From an uncultured Bacilli bacterium (GTDB lineage Bacteria; Bacillota_I; Bacilli_A; RF39; UBA660): 64,000 bases of DNA. This document shows, in pieces, positions 1 through 9,390 of this stretch. The stretch's first letter is position 1, and every line of letters begins with the position of its first letter. The notes beneath the pieces are model-generated. The model saw nothing but the letters and a program-made list of their open reading frames with translations, searched no databases and had not been told where the DNA came from. The DNA lies in the NCBI GenBank assembly GCA_934102215.1, contig CAKOSH010000003.1:59187-123186 (forward strand). The letters are read 5' to 3'. The translations under genes and the position numbers were made by a program.

Positions 1-441
1 TATTGTTGCATGATCTCTTATAACTTTTTCTGTACCAATTGAAGCTGCTTCTACAAAAGGTATTTCTTCAGGAAACCAAGGTGTTTTAACCATTCTAGGA
101 TTACCAAGTTCATCCTCATAACCAACTGATTCAGGTGTAATATATCCTACGCAATCAACAAGTTTAATATTAGTAACAAGGCCATCAATATTAATTGTTG
201 CTCCACTTGATGGTACAAATTTTGGCTCAACTGTCATAATAGTTTTACCTTGAGCAGTTTGAGGAACTTCATCCATACATCTTTTCTTTTCAATATCATC
301 ATCCATATATGGAAGAATTAATGTTTCAATACATTTCTTTATAAATGTACTTTTACCAGTTCTAACCGCACCTACAACTCCTAAATAGATTTCTCCATTT
401 GATTTTTTACCTAAACTTTTGATAATTTCACTTTTATCCAT
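1..441 (-). CDS. spoIVA: Stage IV sporulation protein A, N-terminal part (gene continues beyond window start)
   Basis: Minus-strand translation from ATG at 439-441 gives MDKSEIIKSLGKKSNGEIYLGVVGAVRTGKSTFIKK...LVDCVGY..., close to B. subtilis SpoIVA N-terminus (Walker A GxVRTGKST), as recalled from memory. Confidence 0.9.
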   Translation of the reverse strand, partial: MDKSEIIKSLGKKSNGEIYLGVVGAVRTGKSTFIKKCIETLILPYMDDDIEKKRCMDEVPQTAQGKTIMTVEPKFVPSSGATINIDGLVTNIKLVDCVGYITPESVGYEDELGNPRMVKTPWFPEEIPFVEAASIGTEKVIRDHATI

Positions 442-469
442 ATTTTACCCACTTTCTAATTTCTAATAA

Positions 470-500
470 AATATATGAATAAATTTATACAATATTACTA
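470..500 (-). promoter_or_regulatory. Possible sigma-E type promoter upstream of spoIVA (ATATT-N13/14-CATATAtT on minus strand)
   Basis: Eye match to sigma-E consensus kmATATT..CATACAnT about 30-60 nt upstream of the spoIVA start; weak in an AT-rich background. Confidence 0.2.
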
Positions 501-654
501 CTTTTTATATTTACATTTTATTGTCATAAATAAATAGTATTTTACACTTGATACATTTAATAAATTATAATTTATCCTTTAAATCAAAATAAAAAGAAAT
601 TTACATATTATATACACATAAATTTCTCATATTTACATTGTATCTATTTTGATA

Positions 655-1125
655 CTAATTATTAAATATAAATTCAGGAAGTAAAGTTCCTATAAATAAA
701 AGTATTACTAGAACTATCCAGTTAGTTAAAATATTCATAACCTTACTAAATGTATCATTATTATAAACCATCTTGCCATATACATTTTGAAGATTATATT
801 CATTAAGTACTCCATTATCATCTTTAACATATATATTGTATTTGTCTACTTTTTCTACTTTTCCAAGCTTTGTTGTATTTGTATATTTATATACTACATA
901 ATCATTCACATCTATTGCTTTTGTTTCTTTAAGTATAATAATATTATTCTTTTTGATATCTGGTTCATAAATATCACTATCTACTTTAATATACGTATAG
1001 CCTAATACGGTTGGAAACATATCATTATAAACTTTTCTTTTTGTATACATTGATACCATTATTGCAGTGAATGCTACTAAATATATAATTATTAATATTC
1101 TAATTACATTTAATATATTTTTCAT
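655..1125 (-). CDS. Membrane protein with signal-peptidase I (SipW/ER-type) architecture but non-canonical catalytic positions
   Basis: N-terminal TM, about 100 aa extracytoplasmic region, C-terminal TM. Segments align by eye to S26 boxes: SDIYEP vs SGSMEP, NNIIILKE vs GDLILVK, KDDNG vs KGDNN; the nucleophile Ser position reads Ile. Overlaps the secA start by 4 nt (ATGA). Confidence 0.35.
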   Translation of the reverse strand: MKNILNVIRILIIIYLVAFTAIMVSMYTKRKVYNDMFPTVLGYTYIKVDSDIYEPDIKKNNIIILKETKAIDVNDYVVYKYTNTTKLGKVEKVDKYNIYVKDDNGVLNEYNLQNVYGKMVYNNDTFSKVMNILTNWIVLVILLFIGTLLPEFIFNN

Positions 1126-3668
1126 TTTAAATACATTCCGCCTTCCAATTTAGGATCTATTGTTTTACCAAATTTTAAATCAGGATTAGTCGCATATAAT
1201 AAGAAATCTGCTTGTATTTTCGGATTTAGATTTATAAATTCAGTATTAGCTGCATGTTCATATTCTTTAAATGGATCCATTCCTGATAATGTATAATATG
1301 ATGTTTGTTTCTTTATATCTTCTAATTTATCTAAATGGTCTATCCAATAAGAATCAACTACATTTAACATATTCTTTCTTACTTTTTCATTATTATCTTC
1401 ACGAGATATACTTCCTTTTATTTTTGAAAGTACAAGTGAATTTATTGATTCTCTTAAACTTTCTTTACTTGTAGTATCTAGTCCTTTAGTATCAATTATT
1501 CCATCTAAACTACTACTTATTTCATCAAGTGAACAATTATTTACTAAGTAATCAGTATATGATGGAACTATTCTATCAAATAATGTTTTAACTTCTTTTG
1601 TATCAAGAATCATGTTACGTTGATTATACATTAAATCTTTTTGAGTAGTCATTACTTTACCATATTTTTCACTTGTAATTCTTACTTTTTCTTCAAATCC
1701 TTCTTGTGCTTTTTGACATCTATCTACTAGTTTAATTATATTTTTATTAGTGATTTCTTTGTCTTTATCTTTAACAAGAGAAGATGCTGCATTAAATAGT
1801 TCTTCGCTTCCTCTTGTTTTAACTAAATCATCTTCAAGTGAACTATAATATTTTGTTTTACCTGGTTCTCCTTGTCTACTTGCTCTACCACGAAGTTGAT
1901 AATCAATTCTTTCATTATTATTTCTTGATGTACCAATTACATAAAGACCTCCTAGTTCACGAACTCCTTCGCCTAGTCTTATATTACTACCACGACCAGC
2001 CATATTAGTAGCAACAGTTACTTTACCTTTCATACCAGCATTTTCAATAATACCAGCTTCATTTTCATTGTTAACTGCATTTAATAATTGATGTCTTACT
2101 CCTGCTTCTTCAAGCATTTTACTTATGATAACACTTTCTTCTACACTTGTTGTACCAATTAATACAGGTTGTAATGTTTCATTTGCTTTTAATACTTCTT
2201 CAACAATTGCTTTATATTTAGCATTCTTAGTAAGATAAACGCTTCCCTTTAAATCTTTTCTTATATTAGGAAGTCTACTTGGTACTTCATATGTAGGTAA
2301 ATTATATATCTCATTAAATTCTTCAATATTACTAGTACCTGTCATACCACTTATACCACTTTTATATCTTGACATAAAGTCTGGATATGTACATGTTGCA
2401 GTAGTAACTGTTGGACTTTGTATTGCTACATGATAACTTTTACCTTTTGAAAGTAACTCTTCTTTTGCTTCAAGTGCTTCATGTATACCATGGCCTTTTC
2501 TTCTTCCTGGCATAAGTCTTCCTGTACTTTCATCTATTAAAACTATTTCTTTACGAGGTTTCTTTCCAGGTTTTACTGGAACACTACTAAGGACATAATG
2601 TTCACCATTCTTATAATAGAATTTAGCAAGAATACAATTTTCTACTGCAACAGTGAAATTCATAAGATTTTCTTGTTCTTCTAAACTAAGTTTAGATACA
2701 TCTTTATTACCATATATTTTTCTATATAACTTTTCGCTAAATATTACTCTTTGGCTATCTTGATATAACAAACAATCTTCTTTGAATCTTATTTCTTTTT
2801 TCTTATCAAGCTCATCTTGCGGTTCTATTTTACATGTAAGAGTATCAGCAAGTAACATTGCTTTTCGATACATTTCTCTATTAAGCTCATTTCTTCTTTT
2901 GAATTCTTCTTCTCCAATATCGCTCTTCTTTTGACCTGGATATCCTCCATTTATAATAAGAGGTACAGTCGCATCATCTAAAAGAATACTATCAACTTCA
3001 TCTATAATCGCATAGTTAAATGCTTTACCATAGTTTTTATCATGTTTATCTGGTAAATTAAATACTCTGTCTTCTTTTTTAGTAACAGTATTATCAAGTA
3101 AATAATCAAATGCTAAAGTTTTAGCAGTACCATAAACTATATCACTCTTATATATTTCACGTCTTTCATCACGAGTCATTTTATCATTACCATAAACTAC
3201 TCCTGAAGTAAGTCCTAATAAATCATAAACAGGTTTTGTTTCTTCAAGATCTCTTCCAATAAGATAATCATTTGCTGTAATAACATGCACACCTTTTCCA
3301 TCTAAGGCATTTAAATATGCTTCAATTATTTGAATGAATGTTTTGCCTTCACCAGTTTTAACTTCAGCAATCGCACCTTCCCTCATCGCAAGAGCAGCTT
3401 CAATCTGAACATCATAAAGGCTTACACCAATAGCCCTTTCAGTTGCAAGATAACATAAAGCAGTAGCCTCTATTAATTTATCATCAACAGTACTTTTACC
3501 ACTTCTTATCTCATTCATTAAACTGATGCTTCTTCTTTTAATTTCAGCAGATGTTATATTACTTTCTTTGTAAGAATTAACTCTATTTTTAACTTCTCTA
3601 ACAAGTTCTCTAATTCTTTTTTGATTATTTCTTGTATAACTACCAAATATCTTATCTGTTAAACTCAT
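1122..3668 (-). CDS. secA: Preprotein translocase ATPase SecA (848 aa, lacks C-terminal Cys-rich zinc-finger tail)
   Basis: DEAD-like motor motifs (KTGEGKT, DEVDSILLDD), full-length SecA similarity. C-terminus ends ...KLEGGMYLK without a CxCxSGKKYKxCHG motif. RBS AGGTGA before ATG. Confidence 0.9.
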   Translation of the reverse strand: MSLTDKIFGSYTRNNQKRIRELVREVKNRVNSYKESNITSAEIKRRSISLMNEIRSGKSTVDDKLIEATALCYLATERAIGVSLYDVQIEAALAMREGAIAEVKTGEGKTFIQIIEAYLNALDGKGVHVITANDYLIGRDLEETKPVYDLLGLTSGVVYGNDKMTRDERREIYKSDIVYGTAKTLAFDYLLDNTVTKKEDRVFNLPDKHDKNYGKAFNYAIIDEVDSILLDDATVPLIINGGYPGQKKSDIGEEEFKRRNELNREMYRKAMLLADTLTCKIEPQDELDKKKEIRFKEDCLLYQDSQRVIFSEKLYRKIYGNKDVSKLSLEEQENLMNFTVAVENCILAKFYYKNGEHYVLSSVPVKPGKKPRKEIVLIDESTGRLMPGRRKGHGIHEALEAKEELLSKGKSYHVAIQSPTVTTATCTYPDFMSRYKSGISGMTGTSNIEEFNEIYNLPTYEVPSRLPNIRKDLKGSVYLTKNAKYKAIVEEVLKANETLQPVLIGTTSVEESVIISKMLEEAGVRHQLLNAVNNENEAGIIENAGMKGKVTVATNMAGRGSNIRLGEGVRELGGLYVIGTSRNNNERIDYQLRGRASRQGEPGKTKYYSSLEDDLVKTRGSEELFNAASSLVKDKDKEITNKNIIKLVDRCQKAQEGFEEKVRITSEKYGKVMTTQKDLMYNQRNMILDTKEVKTLFDRIVPSYTDYLVNNCSLDEISSSLDGIIDTKGLDTTSKESLRESINSLVLSKIKGSISREDNNEKVRKNMLNVVDSYWIDHLDKLEDIKKQTSYYTLSGMDPFKEYEHAANTEFINLNPKIQADFLLYATNPDLKFGKTIDPKLEGGMYLK

Positions 3669-3779
3669 ATGATCACCTATTTTCTATATAAATAATATCA
3701 TTTTAAGCAACATTTTTCAATAAAAATTGAATTTTAGTATACAATCATAATGATTGACTGAAATAGAAATTTAAATAAA

Positions 3780-5420
3780 TCAATTAGTTTTTAAAGTAAA
3801 GTATCCAGGGCTACTTGTGCCTCCATCTATACGAGCATATTCTTTATCGATATGATTAGCATCATATTTGGTTCCTGCACCGCCTACTAGGTTTGTACTA
3901 TCTTCAAACATACTAGTACTTTTAGTGGCCTTATTAGTATTAAATTTATCACTAGCATATATTGTTTTTAAATTAGCTGAATTATAAAACATACCACTCA
4001 TATATATTACATTGCTTGTATCAAAATTACTTAAATCTAAAAATGAAACTTGACTTTCTCTAAACATGCTAGTCATATCAGTTACATTTTTTGTATCAAA
4101 ACTGCTTAAATTTATTGTTGTTGCCTTACTTTCCCAAAACATTCCATTCATGTTTGTTACATTGCTTGTATCAAAGCTCCTTAAATCTAGCGTTGTAGCT
4201 CTACTAGCATAAAACATCATTCTCATATTTATTACTTTACTTGTATCAAAATTACTTAAATCTATTAATGTTACTTGACTACTTCCAAACATAAAATTCA
4301 TACTAGTTACATTACTGGTGTTAAAATTGTTTAAATCTAAAGATGAAACTTGGCTACCATAAAACATATAATCCATAGAGGTTACATTGCTAGTATCAAA
4401 ATTGCTTAAATTTAAAGATGCAGCCTGACTCTCATAAAACATTAATTCCATAGTGACTACATTGCTCGTATCAAAACTGCCTAAATCTAATATTGTCGCT
4501 TGGCTTTCTCTAAACATACCACTCATATTTGTTACATTGCTAGTATCAAAACTGCCTAAATCTAATATTGTCGCTTGGCTTTCCCAAAACATACCACTCA
4601 TATTTGTTACATTGCTAGTATCAAAACTGCTTAAATCTATTGTTGCAGCCCGACTTTCTTCAAACATATAACTCATAGACACAATAGGCATATTATTTAT
4701 ATATGTACATAACTTGCTTGTTACTGCATTAGTGCTTACTTCGTTAGTTAATTGAACTCCCCAACCAGTAGTCGCAATATTTTGCCAACCTGACGCACTG
4801 CCTTCTTGCATATATCTATAAGTGTATTGCCCATTTACATACTCTGCACCCTGTGTAAGATCGCCATCATATGTACAATATACAGGATTAATTGATGATT
4901 CATTTAAGCCAAGTTTTCCTTTAAATGCTTTATTTTTGTTATAATTTTGAAGCTTACCTGTATCAATAAATGTTATTTTGATTGTGTATTCTTGTGTATA
5001 ACCGGGTTTTATTGGAACATTTGTTAAAATTTTTCCTTCTTTAACTACTTTTTGCGATACTGAACTACATGTTCCATCTTCTGTGTTACTTGAATTCAAA
5101 TTTTTACATGTTCCTTCAATAACAAGTTCATTATTCGTAATTTCATTTACAAGTTCTTGCCACATAAGATTATAAATTACTTGTTTTGTTCCAGTGTTCT
5201 TTACTGATATTGTTTTAGTTATTGAGTCCCCTGGCATTGCTCCATCAAGTGATACTTCATTATCATCAGTAAATACTAATTCTAAATCACCTGTTGTTAT
5301 CTTGTTATATTTAGCAGTATCGTTTCCAATTATATTAAGCGAAAAAAATGCTAGTGAAACTCCAATTACTGCGAATAGTATTGATATCACTAGCAATATA
5401 TACATTTTCTTATCTTTCAT
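3780..5420 (-). CDS. Secreted protein: TasA/CalY(camelysin)-like N-terminal domain with SipW-cognate-type signal region fused to about 9 DUF285 (Mycoplasma-type, BspA-like) 26-aa repeats
   Basis: N-terminus LAFFSLNIIGNDTAKYNKITTGDLELVFTD..PGDSITKTISVKNTGT resembles TasA/CalY (AFFSD..AGTLDL..PGD..N.GSL). C-terminal half has repeats L(D/N)LSxFDTSNVTNMSGMFxESQ. ORF track starts at GTG (5429); ATG at 5418-5420 with AAGGAAG RBS preferred. Confidence 0.8.
   Translation of the reverse strand: MKDKKMYILLVISILFAVIGVSLAFFSLNIIGNDTAKYNKITTGDLELVFTDDNEVSLDGAMPGDSITKTISVKNTGTKQVIYNLMWQELVNEITNNELVIEGTCKNLNSSNTEDGTCSSVSQKVVKEGKILTNVPIKPGYTQEYTIKITFIDTGKLQNYNKNKAFKGKLGLNESSINPVYCTYDGDLTQGAEYVNGQYTYRYMQEGSASGWQNIATTGWGVQLTNEVSTNAVTSKLCTYINNMPIVSMSYMFEESRAATIDLSSFDTSNVTNMSGMFWESQATILDLGSFDTSNVTNMSGMFRESQATILDLGSFDTSNVVTMELMFYESQAASLNLSNFDTSNVTSMDYMFYGSQVSSLDLNNFNTSNVTSMNFMFGSSQVTLIDLSNFDTSKVINMRMMFYASRATTLDLRSFDTSNVTNMNGMFWESKATTINLSSFDTKNVTDMTSMFRESQVSFLDLSNFDTSNVIYMSGMFYNSANLKTIYASDKFNTNKATKSTSMFEDSTNLVGGAGTKYDANHIDKEYARIDGGTSSPGYFTLKTN
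3930..4640 (-). repeat. Array of about nine 78-bp (26-codon) tandem repeats encoding DUF285 units; two adjacent units nearly identical at DNA level
   Basis: Near-identical 78-bp units around 4489-4566 and 4567-4644. The spurious plus-strand ORF 4453..4671 shows the same periodicity (LLVSKLPKSNIVAWLS x3). Confidence 0.8.
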
Positions 5421-5442
5421 AATGATCACACTTCCTTATCTT

Positions 5443-5482
5443 ATGATCATTATAGCAAATATTACCCCCCCCGCAAGCAAAC
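5443..5482 (-). promoter_or_regulatory. Conserved promoter cassette with G8 homopolymer in spacer (minus strand: TTGCTTGC-GGGGGGGG-TAATATT-TGCTATAAT)
   Basis: Extended -10 TGCTATAAT at 5449-5457, poly-C (plus strand) 5465-5472, TTGCTT -35-like box immediately upstream. Same cassette found upstream of two paralogous genes. Confidence 0.6.
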
Positions 5483-5499
5483 ATTTGTTCTTGTTTACC

Positions 5500-6438
5500 T
5501 TAATCTATTCTTCTACCAACAACAACCATTAGTTTTCCTTGGTGTTTTCCAAATAGGCATGTTTGAAGAACTATTATTTTATCATCCTGATTTAATTCTA
5601 CATCTGTCTTATAAATACTTCTATTTTTTAATCTATTGAAATGTTTTAACCAATCACTATCTTTTTTATATTTTAATTTCATATGTTCTTCTGTACCCAC
5701 TTTATCAGCAAGAACTATACTAAATATTTCATATTTTAAAGTCTCATTGTCAATCTTTAATTCAATGATTCTATGTTCATCAAAATATTCTTTCTTTAAA
5801 TAACCCTCTAATGTTTTAAATGGTGGATTATATTTTTTATTACTATGATTATGTCCGTATATATTAATCTGTTTACTATCTTTACTAACTCTATAATCCA
5901 TAAATGTACTTCCAATAGCACTTCTCTTTTTACTTAATGAATATTTTAAATAATATTGGTTATCTTTAGTTTAAACTACTGGAGTATATATTTCATCATC
6001 AATACTTAAAATTCCAATAACATCATTATTATTGTATTTTTTCTTTAAATCATTTATTTCTTCTTCTACTGTTTTCTTTGGAACTTCTATATCTGAAGCA
6101 GGTTTAACTAATTTACTTTCATTAATTTCTATTATTGTTTTTTCTTCTTCTTTTCTCTTTTGAATTAACAATACAAAACTAACTACCACTATTATAGATA
6201 AAATAACTATTAATATATTAAATATAAGATTTCTTTTGTTATCTTTTTTAATATCTTTTGAATTAGTTTTCTTTGTTGATTTATTATTTACTTTACTACT
6301 AGAAACTCTCTTTGCTGAACTTGCTTTTGTTTTGTTATTTGTTATCTTCTTTGCTGAAGATACTTTTGCTTTATTACTTGTAGTTTTCCTTAATGTAGTT
6401 ACTTTCTTAGTAGTATTATTCTTTTTATTATTTGTCAA
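5500..6438 (-). pseudogene. srtB: Sortase B (class B sortase) with an in-frame TAA stop at 5971-5973 replacing the Gln of the conserved PVVQGKDNEYY motif
   Basis: ORFs 5971..6438 and 5500..5901 are in the same frame separated only by TAA. Read-through gives ...IYTPVV*TKDNQYYLKYSL..GSTFMDYR..IYGHNH...LQTC...RR, matching SrtB signature blocks (DYPVVQGKDNEYYL, GSIFMDYR, TLxTC, Arg). Confidence 0.75.
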
Positions 6439-6445
6439 TCACACC

Positions 6446-9331
6446 TCACATTTGAAACATGCCATATACTATTAACTGATATGATTCATCCCTTTTTTCT
6501 ACTTTAGCATTAACTTTATATACTTTATTTTTATTAAGTTCAGTAACTTTTAATAAGGCATCACTAAACATTACGGCCTCTATACTTCCATACTCATCAC
6601 TAAATTTCAAGAAACACATATTATCATTATTACGTGTTTTTATCATTCTAGTATCTTCTAAAAATAATATAAGACTTATTACTTTATTATAATATTTAGA
6701 TATATCATCTAATTTAACATAGCCTTCTCTTATATATTTAGTAACAGGATGTCTTGATAAATAGAATCCATAATTATTTATTTCATTATCAATAGTTTCA
6801 ATAGAATCATAATCATCTATATCATTAACTATAGGAGCATTATCCATAACAACACCTAAATCTTTACATAACATAGCATAATTAATTATTTCATCTAATA
6901 TTTCTATTGTAGCTTTCTTATTAATACCAAAACTATCAAAAGCGCCACATAATATTAATGATATAACTACTCTTTTATTAATATTTTTACTATAACATCT
7001 TATCATGAAGTCATTAAATGATTTAAATTCACCTTTACTTCTTTCTCTTAATATATCTTCACTTACTATATTAGATATATTTTTTATTGAATTAAATGGT
7101 AATACAAGATAATTATTATATATTACAAATTCTTTATCACTTCTATTTATATCTACTTTTAAGAAACGTATTCCTAGTTTCTTAGATTCTTCAATATAAT
7201 CTTTTATCTTATCACTAGATATATTCATATTAAGTAAATTTCTCATGAAATATTTAGTATAATTACTCTTTAGATAAGCCATTTGATATGCGACTAATGA
7301 ATACACTACTGAATGTGATTTATTAAATCCATATGAAGAGAACTTTATAATTAAATCATATAATTCATTTCCTATTTTTTCATCATAACCATGTTCTATA
7401 ACACCACTTATAAATTTAGATTTATTTTTCTCTATTACATCTGCTTTCTTTTTAGACATTGCTCTTCTTATAAGGTCTGCTTCTGCATAAGTATATCCAC
7501 CAATTATTCTTAATATTTCAAGTACTTGCTCTTGATAAATAATAATACCATATGTACTTCTAAGTATTGGTTCTAATTCTTTTACTAAGTATGTTACTTT
7601 CTTTTTACCTTCTTTTCTTAATATATATTCCCCTATCATATCTCTAGGACCAGGTCTATATAAAGCAATCGCATCAACTAAAGTATTAAAATTATCTACT
7701 TTAAGTTGTCTTAAGAAATTTTTCATACCACTGCTTTCAAATTGAAATATACCAGTAGTATAAGCATTCTTAAATAGATTCAATGTATTTATATCATTAA
7801 GTGGTATATTATTTAAATCAATATTAATATTATCTTTCTTTATATCATTTACTATATTAGATATAGTATTAAGATTCTTTATAGATAAGAAATCCATCTT
7901 TAGAAGTCCTAAAGATTCAATATATTCCATACTATAACCTGTAAGTATAACATTATTGCTTTTATATAAAGGCATAAAATTATAAAGAGATACATCACTT
8001 ATAACAACACCAGCAGTATGCATACTTGTATTCTTTTTAAGACCACATAATTTATAACAACAATTCACTAAATACTTGATATTATTATTTTTATTTATTA
8101 AATTCATAAATGATTTATTATCTTGAAGTGATATAAAATCTTTCTCATTATTAATAGTTTTACATATATTATCTATAACAATATTCTCATATTTTAAAAC
8201 ACGGCCCATATCTCTTATTATTTGTTTAGGTAACATTGTATTAAATGATATAATTCTAGCAGTCTTATCGTGGCCATATTTATTACTTACATATTCAATT
8301 ACATCATCTCTTTTAGTATTATCAAAATCTATATCTATATCAGGCATAGTAATTCTATCAGGATTTAAAAATCTTTCAAATATAAGATTATACTTTAAAG
8401 GATCTACATTTATTATACCTAAACTATAATTAACTAAAGAAGCAGCACCACTTCCTCTACCAGGACCTACATATATATTATGCTTTTTAGCATATAAAAC
8501 AAAATCATAAACTATTAAGAAATAGTCTACAAAGTTCATCTTTTCTATTACTGATAATTCATACATAAGTCTATTTTTATATATATCAGGTACATTATTA
8601 TTAAGTCTTTTCTCTAGCCCCTTTTTAGCGAGTGCTTTTAAGAAGGATAATGAATTATCATTATATACTGGTATATGTAATTCTTTACTTGGTGGTTCTA
8701 TATCTATGAGACTTGCAAATTCTATTGTTGTATTAGTATCACTTTCACTTATATTTAATCTAAAATTACTATCATATATATTTATTTTATCATCAATAGT
8801 TTTACCTTCATCAATATATTTTAAGTATTTAAAAGTCTCTTTATCTTCTTCATTAAAATATCTTATAAGGTCCATATATACTATATTATCAGTTAATTTT
8901 AATGCTTCTTCTTTTAATTTAGATGTATGGTATTTAATATAAACATTATCAAAATATTTACTTACTAGAGGATAATGTTTTCCATTTGTAACAATTATTA
9001 AATCACTTGAATTATCTTTTATATAATCTATATCAATATTATCTTCTATATTTTTATGAGATACTATTTTAAATAAATTAATAAGTCCATTATAGTTTTT
9101 GGCATACATAAGCATATACATATCATTAACTATTATTTCTGCTCCTATAATAGGTTTTATATTGTTTTTATTACATTCATTAATGAATTCCATTGTTCCA
9201 AACATATTAGGATCTGTTATACCAAGTGCATATATTTCTTTCTTTAATGCAAAAGAAATAAGATCTTTTATTCTTATTAAACTATTCATTAAATCATATT
9301 CAGTTTTTATATTTAGTGGTATATATCTCAT
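6446..9331 (-). CDS. dnaE: DNA polymerase III alpha subunit, DnaE-type (short, about 960 aa form)
   Basis: PHP domain N-terminus, polymerase core motif GPGRGSGAASLVNYSLGI..DIDIDF. Start probably Met5 (GAGGGAAG RBS); ORF track begins 12 nt upstream. Confidence 0.85.
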   Translation of the reverse strand: MRYIPLNIKTEYDLMNSLIRIKDLISFALKKEIYALGITDPNMFGTMEFINECNKNNIKPIIGAEIIVNDMYMLMYAKNYNGLINLFKIVSHKNIEDNIDIDYIKDNSSDLIIVTNGKHYPLVSKYFDNVYIKYHTSKLKEEALKLTDNIVYMDLIRYFNEEDKETFKYLKYIDEGKTIDDKINIYDSNFRLNISESDTNTTIEFASLIDIEPPSKELHIPVYNDNSLSFLKALAKKGLEKRLNNNVPDIYKNRLMYELSVIEKMNFVDYFLIVYDFVLYAKKHNIYVGPGRGSGAASLVNYSLGIINVDPLKYNLIFERFLNPDRITMPDIDIDFDNTKRDDVIEYVSNKYGHDKTARIISFNTMLPKQIIRDMGRVLKYENIVIDNICKTINNEKDFISLQDNKSFMNLINKNNNIKYLVNCCYKLCGLKKNTSMHTAGVVISDVSLYNFMPLYKSNNVILTGYSMEYIESLGLLKMDFLSIKNLNTISNIVNDIKKDNINIDLNNIPLNDINTLNLFKNAYTTGIFQFESSGMKNFLRQLKVDNFNTLVDAIALYRPGPRDMIGEYILRKEGKKKVTYLVKELEPILRSTYGIIIYQEQVLEILRIIGGYTYAEADLIRRAMSKKKADVIEKNKSKFISGVIEHGYDEKIGNELYDLIIKFSSYGFNKSHSVVYSLVAYQMAYLKSNYTKYFMRNLLNMNISSDKIKDYIEESKKLGIRFLKVDINRSDKEFVIYNNYLVLPFNSIKNISNIVSEDILRERSKGEFKSFNDFMIRCYSKNINKRVVISLILCGAFDSFGINKKATIEILDEIINYAMLCKDLGVVMDNAPIVNDIDDYDSIETIDNEINNYGFYLSRHPVTKYIREGYVKLDDISKYYNKVISLILFLEDTRMIKTRNNDNMCFLKFSDEYGSIEAVMFSDALLKVTELNKNKVYKVNAKVEKRDESYQLIVYGMFQM

Positions 9332-9390
9332 TTCTTCCCTCAATTTAATTATACAATATTTAATACAAAAGAAAAAGTAGGAAGTCCTAC

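Noticed and set aside
787-1005. Numerous short plus-strand ORFs in the track (e.g. 787..1005, 1271..1474, 6236..6475, 8706..8942, 9099..9380, 14204..14482, 30058..30518, 36352..36933, 49803..50129) lying inside long minus-strand genes
   Set aside because: They are antisense to well-supported conserved genes, have low-complexity AT-codon-driven composition (Ile/Phe/Leu/Tyr/Lys-rich), and lack RBS; typical spurious ORFs in AT-rich DNA.
4453-4671. Plus-strand ORF with a perfect internal triple repeat (LLVSKLPKSNIVAWLS...)
   Set aside because: It is the antisense reading of the 78-bp DUF285 tandem repeats of the minus-strand gene; the periodicity comes from the repeat DNA, not from a real gene.
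5418-5429. ORF-track start codons at 5429 (MIIM...), 48334 (RadC) and similar
   Set aside because: These first codons are GTG/TTG read as Met by the ORF caller with no RBS; nearby ATGs with good Shine-Dalgarno spacing (5418-5420, 48284-48286) are preferred, so the N-termini were trimmed.
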